A stretch of 64,000 bases of DNA from a bacterium (GTDB taxonomy: Bacteria; Patescibacteriota; Minisyncoccia; Moranbacterales; DUUL01): positions 37,680 to 101,679 of the forward strand of contig JABGXP010000020.1 in assembly GCA_018675685.1 (NCBI GenBank). The letters run 5' to 3'. A program made the translations under genes and the position numbers. Positions 59,633 through 64,000 of this stretch are shown here, piece by piece (within the stretch, counting starts at the first letter, position 1; every line of letters begins with the position of its first letter). The notes under the pieces are model-generated. The model was not told the origin of the DNA. It made no database searches and saw only the letters and a list, made by a program, of their open reading frames with translations.

Positions 59633-60742
59633 TTAGTATTTTTTCATTTCAGCTAAGTATTGATTTGCTATTTTGCTCCAAGTATTATTTTTTTCTACAT
59701 ATAAGGAGGCCTTCTCTCCAAAATCTCGAATAAAGCCAGAGTCTTTTTTCAGAATAGAATTTACCTTGTCTACCCAAACAGGAACGTTTTCACTTTCTAT
59801 CAAGAATCCACTTTGCCCGTCAGAGACAGCATCAGTGAGGCCCTCAAGATTGGAGGCAATTACAACTCGTTTGCAAATTGCTGCTTCAATCACATTAATT
59901 CCAAAACCTTCCATTGTCCCAGCAACCTTGATATTGGGAGCAACGACTAAGTCAACTGTATTTAAAAGAGTCTTAACATCTTCCCAGAGGAGAGAGGGGA
60001 GCAATATTGTTTTTTCTTCAAGTTTTTGTTCCGCAATAATTTCTTCACAGGTTTGAAAATCATCTTTATCACCAGCTGTATTTTTTGAAACTCTGTTTCC
60101 GGCTGCTACAAAAATACAATTCTTGGGAAGCTTTGATACGACATTATTCAAAAACCAACTAGTCCCTTTGTGCGGAACAAACCTTCCGAGTCGCAAAACA
60201 ACTTTTTTTCCATCAAGATCTTGCCCTAACAATTTCTCTAAATCTTTTCGTGTTCGTTTAGCAACAAGTTCTTCCTTGAAAACTCCGTTTGGAACGAAGG
60301 TGCAAATGGATTGATCAACACCAACACCAATAGCTTCTTTGATTGTTGCGTTTCCAACCATGAAAAGTTGATTCAATTTTTTAAGTGCAGAAATATTTAC
60401 TAAGCGATATATAGCTGGTAGAATACCCGACCTATTAGCATAGGTCACATCCAGTCCATGAACAACACAAAAAAACTTCTTTTTTGGATGCAAAAACTTC
60501 AAGAAAGCTCCGACTGGGGCAAGAACCCCACTGCCCAAAAGACAAGCGTCGTAACTACCCATCTTAAAAAATGCTCTAAAAGTTGCAGTAACAACAAAAA
60601 AGGGGAGAAATAACTTCCCCTTTGTGTTTGCAATAACTTCTAAATCAGTAAAGTTAGATAAGCTCTTTGATAAATTAAAATTCTGACTTTCAACTCCTCC
60701 AATTGTTGGGGGGTAGGAATGTGAAATAAATAAAATTTTCAT
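59633..60742 (-). CDS. GT4 glycosyltransferase
   Basis: YPPTIGG, HGLD, GRFVPHKG, EGFGINVIEA. Confidence 0.92.
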   Translation of the reverse strand: MKILFISHSYPPTIGGVESQNFNLSKSLSNFTDLEVIANTKGKLFLPFFVVTATFRAFFKMGSYDACLLGSGVLAPVGAFLKFLHPKKKFFCVVHGLDVTYANRSGILPAIYRLVNISALKKLNQLFMVGNATIKEAIGVGVDQSICTFVPNGVFKEELVAKRTRKDLEKLLGQDLDGKKVVLRLGRFVPHKGTSWFLNNVVSKLPKNCIFVAAGNRVSKNTAGDKDDFQTCEEIIAEQKLEEKTILLPSLLWEDVKTLLNTVDLVVAPNIKVAGTMEGFGINVIEAAICKRVVIASNLEGLTDAVSDGQSGFLIESENVPVWVDKVNSILKKDSGFIRDFGEKASLYVEKNNTWSKIANQYLAEMKKY

Positions 60743-60840
60743 ATCGAATCAATTCAGTCTTATATGGTTGCTATTTTTTGAGCTCATCGCATAGTGATCT
60801 ATATCTTCGTTTTGTTTTACACGTAGAAGTTCAGGACGCT

Positions 60841-61134
60841 CTAGTGTTTGGAATAGAATGAGCGATTTGCTACTATTCCAATTCCTAATAGTAAGAAAAC
60901 AATAGCAATCGGAAAAAGAAAAAGATCCTTCATGTAATTAGAAGCACTTGCTTTAAAACTAAGCCCGAGAATTTCTAGCATAATTGACGCTCCTGTAACG
61001 ATAATTAAGAGCCCTAGGAAAAATAGGAATTTTTCCTTTGATCTTTGGTGAACATTATTTGTGATAGCTTTTTTTCTTTTCGTCACCTTTCTTTTTGTGG
61101 CAGTTTTAGCCACTTTTTTTAGCTTTTTTGGCAT
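60841..61134 (-). CDS. Small two-TM protein with basic N-terminus
   Basis: Lys-rich N-terminus, two hydrophobic helices, in operon. Confidence 0.65.
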   Translation of the reverse strand: MPKKLKKVAKTATKRKVTKRKKAITNNVHQRSKEKFLFFLGLLIIVTGASIMLEILGLSFKASASNYMKDLFLFPIAIVFLLLGIGIVANRSFYSKH

Positions 61135-61150
61135 TTTTTATTTTTTATTT

Positions 61151-62131
61151 TTATTTTATATAGCGATCCTTTTTGTTTTGATACATCATTTCTTCTGTCA
61201 ATTGTCTATTTGATTTAATCATGTCAGCAATTAAGGCAAAAATAATCAATTGAATTCCAAACATAATCGAAATAGAAGAGAAAACAATATAGTTTAAGAA
61301 GGGACTAATTTTAAAATCTTGAACATAATGTCCTAAGAAAATTAAAAACCCAATAAATCCAAGACCAACTAAAAACATTCCAGGCCAACCAAAGAATTTC
61401 AATGGCCGAACATCTCTAATTGCTTTTAGTATTATTTTACACGAATTTCCAACAAATTGCCAGATAGACTTTACTATTCTCGATTCTCTATCTGCAAAAT
61501 ATGCAACACTGACAGGAATCCACTCTATTTTCAAGCTTTTTCCAATCGCGTCAATTATTGTTTCTTGGGTGTATGTAAAATGAACATTTGTTAGGTTGAG
61601 TCGCAACAGAGTTTCTCTATTATGAGCCCTAAAACCGCAAGTGAGATCATCAATGTCATGATTTAGGAAGAATCCAATCATTTTTGCAGCTAGTCTGTTA
61701 AGTATGCTTTTGATCTTCGGCATATTTTTTGCTTTATGTTTTCCAAAGCGACTTGCCACAACCATATCAACTTTTCCATTCAAAATCGGCTTTAAAAGTT
61801 TTGGAATATCTTCGGGATCAAATTGACCGTCAGCATCTATGTTCACCATAAAATCAGCACCTTGTGCCAAGGAGCTTTCAACTGCTTGCTTAAAGGAATA
61901 AGCTAAACGCCTATTGGGTTGGTATGAAATTACAATATCTGCGTTTTTTCTGGCAATTTCAGCAGTTCTATCGGAAGATCCATCATCAACAACCTGAACC
62001 AACTTTTTTGTAATTTTTAAACCACTCCCTTGGTTGTAAAAATCACTTTGAAAGCTTTTTTTGATCCTTCGGATTGTCTGTTCAATTTTCCCCTCTTCAT
62101 TATACGCTGGAATATTAACGATAAGCTTCAT
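61151..62131 (-). CDS. GT2 glycosyltransferase with two C-terminal TMs
   Basis: IPAYNEE, VDDGSSD, IDADGQF, DLTCGFRA. Confidence 0.92.
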   Translation of the reverse strand: MKLIVNIPAYNEEGKIEQTIRRIKKSFQSDFYNQGSGLKITKKLVQVVDDGSSDRTAEIARKNADIVISYQPNRRLAYSFKQAVESSLAQGADFMVNIDADGQFDPEDIPKLLKPILNGKVDMVVASRFGKHKAKNMPKIKSILNRLAAKMIGFFLNHDIDDLTCGFRAHNRETLLRLNLTNVHFTYTQETIIDAIGKSLKIEWIPVSVAYFADRESRIVKSIWQFVGNSCKIILKAIRDVRPLKFFGWPGMFLVGLGFIGFLIFLGHYVQDFKISPFLNYIVFSSISIMFGIQLIIFALIADMIKSNRQLTEEMMYQNKKDRYIK

Positions 62132-62336
62132 GAAATAGTAAAAATTATTAGATAAACTACAAACACCCTCATGTAAACAGAGGACCTTACTTTAAATTCT
62201 ATTTAAGTATATACATTATACTATATTTTTATTTTTTTTTCAATTTTTTCGGAGCTTTATAAGGGGAGTTTAAATCTATGATCTAGTTCATAAAAGAGTG
62301 ATTTTCCCAGAAAAGATATTTTTCTCCAGTGAAAAG

Positions 62337-63623
62337 CTAGCTCCTTCCGATTCCATGGTATTCCATCCCTAGACTTTTGATTTTCTCTCCATCCAAAGCG
62401 TTCATTCCGTCTACAATCGCTACAACCCCATTCTCTTTAAATTTTTCAGGAGTAATTTTCATAAATTCTTTGTGATTTGTTACAAAAATCACAGCCTGAA
62501 CCTCTTCTAAGAATTCATCAACCGTTTTCACGTCTGACATATCCAAAATATATGGGTCAAATGAAACAATGGAAGCTTTTTTCTTTTCAAGTTCCTTGAT
62601 AATTTTAACAGCGGGTGATTCTCGCAAGTCATCAATGTTCGCTTTATAAGAAAGTCCCATCACACCAATTTTTATTCCTTTCATCGGGAGCTTAGCATTG
62701 TTAAGTAGATCCTGCATCAACTCCACGGTATAGTTTGGCATACTATTGTTGATTTCTCGTGCAACTCTAAGGAAATGATGATCAAATCCTTTTTTCTTAG
62801 CTTGTTCAATGAGATAATATGGATCAACTGGAATACAATGTCCGCCAACTCCACGTCCTGGGAAGTGAGGCATGAAAGCAAAAGGCTTTGTGGCAGCGCC
62901 TAGAATTACATCCTTAACATCAATATCCATTTGATCGAAGCTTTTCGCAAGCTCATTTACAAAGGCAATGTTGATATCTCGAAAAGAATTTTCAACAACC
63001 TTGGTTGCCTCAGCTTCTCGGATTGACTTCATTACACGAACCTCACCATCAATAATGGAGGCGTAGAATTTTTGTGCAATCTCAGCTCCTTTTACTGAAA
63101 GAGATCCAACAACCCTAGGAATATTTGTGACGTTCCATTTTTCATTTCCTGGATCAATTCGCTCAGGGCAGTGTGCTAAGAAATAATCCTTCCCTTCATC
63201 AAGACCTGCCTTAGCAAGCATTGGCTCAACAACCTCTTCACAAACCCCAGGATTAATTGTTGATTCAACAACAATTAGTTGGCCAGGCTTTCTATTTTCG
63301 ATACACATTTTAATGGCACCCTTAACAGGATTAAGATTTGGATAGAACTGTTCATCAACTGGAGTCGGAACACAAATAAGGATAATGTCAGCTTCGACAA
63401 GCTTCGAAGCATCGTTGGAAGCTTCAAGTTTTTCAAGTAAATCCAGTCTTTCTTCGATAAACTCTTCTTTGAAAGGGCTTTTCCTGTTTGCAATTGCTGT
63501 AAGCTTCTTTTGATCAAGGTCCAGCCCAATAACAGAGTATCCTTTTTCAATACATCGAATTGCAAGAGGGAGCCCAACATATCCCAAACCAATAACTGCA
63601 ATTTTATTTTTCTTAATGTCCAT
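62337..63623 (-). CDS. UDP-N-acetylhexosamine 6-dehydrogenase (WbpA/WecC-type nucleotide sugar dehydrogenase)
   Basis: GLGYVGLP, ICVPTP, EST, PERIDPG, GVGGHCIPVDP, DLRESP. Confidence 0.93.
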   Translation of the reverse strand: MDIKKNKIAVIGLGYVGLPLAIRCIEKGYSVIGLDLDQKKLTAIANRKSPFKEEFIEERLDLLEKLEASNDASKLVEADIILICVPTPVDEQFYPNLNPVKGAIKMCIENRKPGQLIVVESTINPGVCEEVVEPMLAKAGLDEGKDYFLAHCPERIDPGNEKWNVTNIPRVVGSLSVKGAEIAQKFYASIIDGEVRVMKSIREAEATKVVENSFRDINIAFVNELAKSFDQMDIDVKDVILGAATKPFAFMPHFPGRGVGGHCIPVDPYYLIEQAKKKGFDHHFLRVAREINNSMPNYTVELMQDLLNNAKLPMKGIKIGVMGLSYKANIDDLRESPAVKIIKELEKKKASIVSFDPYILDMSDVKTVDEFLEEVQAVIFVTNHKEFMKITPEKFKENGVVAIVDGMNALDGEKIKSLGMEYHGIGRS

Positions 63624-63962
63624 TTTTTATTTCCTTTAGGTGATTAATGAGTTGCTATTTATAGCCAGTGGCTATCAAAGTTATAGCAAAGAGATACCTC
63701 TATCATGGTAGTACAATTTTCTAGAAATGCAAGATTTCAAATAGTGGAGTAAATTTTTCAAACCGTAACAATGAGATTTAAATAAATACGTCTAGACAGG
63801 GCGGTTAGGTTGGATTGTTAATAAAATAAGAAATAAACTTAAAAAATTGCGAAAAATAGTCAAGCATCGATCTGTTCATAGAGTGAGAATAAATGATTCA
63901 CATCAAGCGAGTGATGTGGTATAATAAAAGTAAGATTTTAACAAATAAAATTAAAAATAAAA

Positions 63963-64000
63963 ATGAAACTTAAAGAAGCCTTCATTGGAATGTTTTTGGG
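63963..64000 (+). CDS. Start of ORF running off the window
   Basis: ATG AAA CTT AAA GAA GCC... after A-rich leader and TATAAT-like element. Confidence 0.4.
   Translation, partial: MKLKEAFIGMFL

Overview
AT-rich, gene-dense bacterial chromosome segment. Gene content (FtsA-like/baseplate-J-like pair, Elp3, LeuRS with inserted domains, many GT-C glycosyltransferases, mostly SD-less leaders) suggests a Patescibacteria/CPR (Parcubacteria-like) genome; this is inference from family recognition by eye, no search was run. In order: a cluster of RimK-like ATP-grasp ligases with a retropepsin-like protease, class A PBP, tag, stand-alone groEL with a CIRCE-like operator, accessory orphans and a NUDIX/2H/EEP trio, lepA, a LysM lytic transglycosylase, a head-to-head Elp3 + Trm9/ALKBH8-like methyltransferase pair, a GT4-GH57-GH15 alpha-glucan cluster, gpmI, leuS carrying NUDIX and alpha/beta-hydrolase insertions, dxs, ftsA-like, the infA-rpmJ-rpsM-rpsK-rpsD-rpoA-rplQ-rplM-rpsI operon, and a ~19 kb surface-glycan locus. 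The best candidate for an undescribed system is a divergent RtcB-family protein plus a thymidylate-kinase-like protein tightly embedded between a GT4 and a flippase in the glycan locus, suggesting RNA-ligase chemistry repurposed for glycan phosphodiester formation. No rRNA, tRNA, CRISPR array or transposase was recognised.
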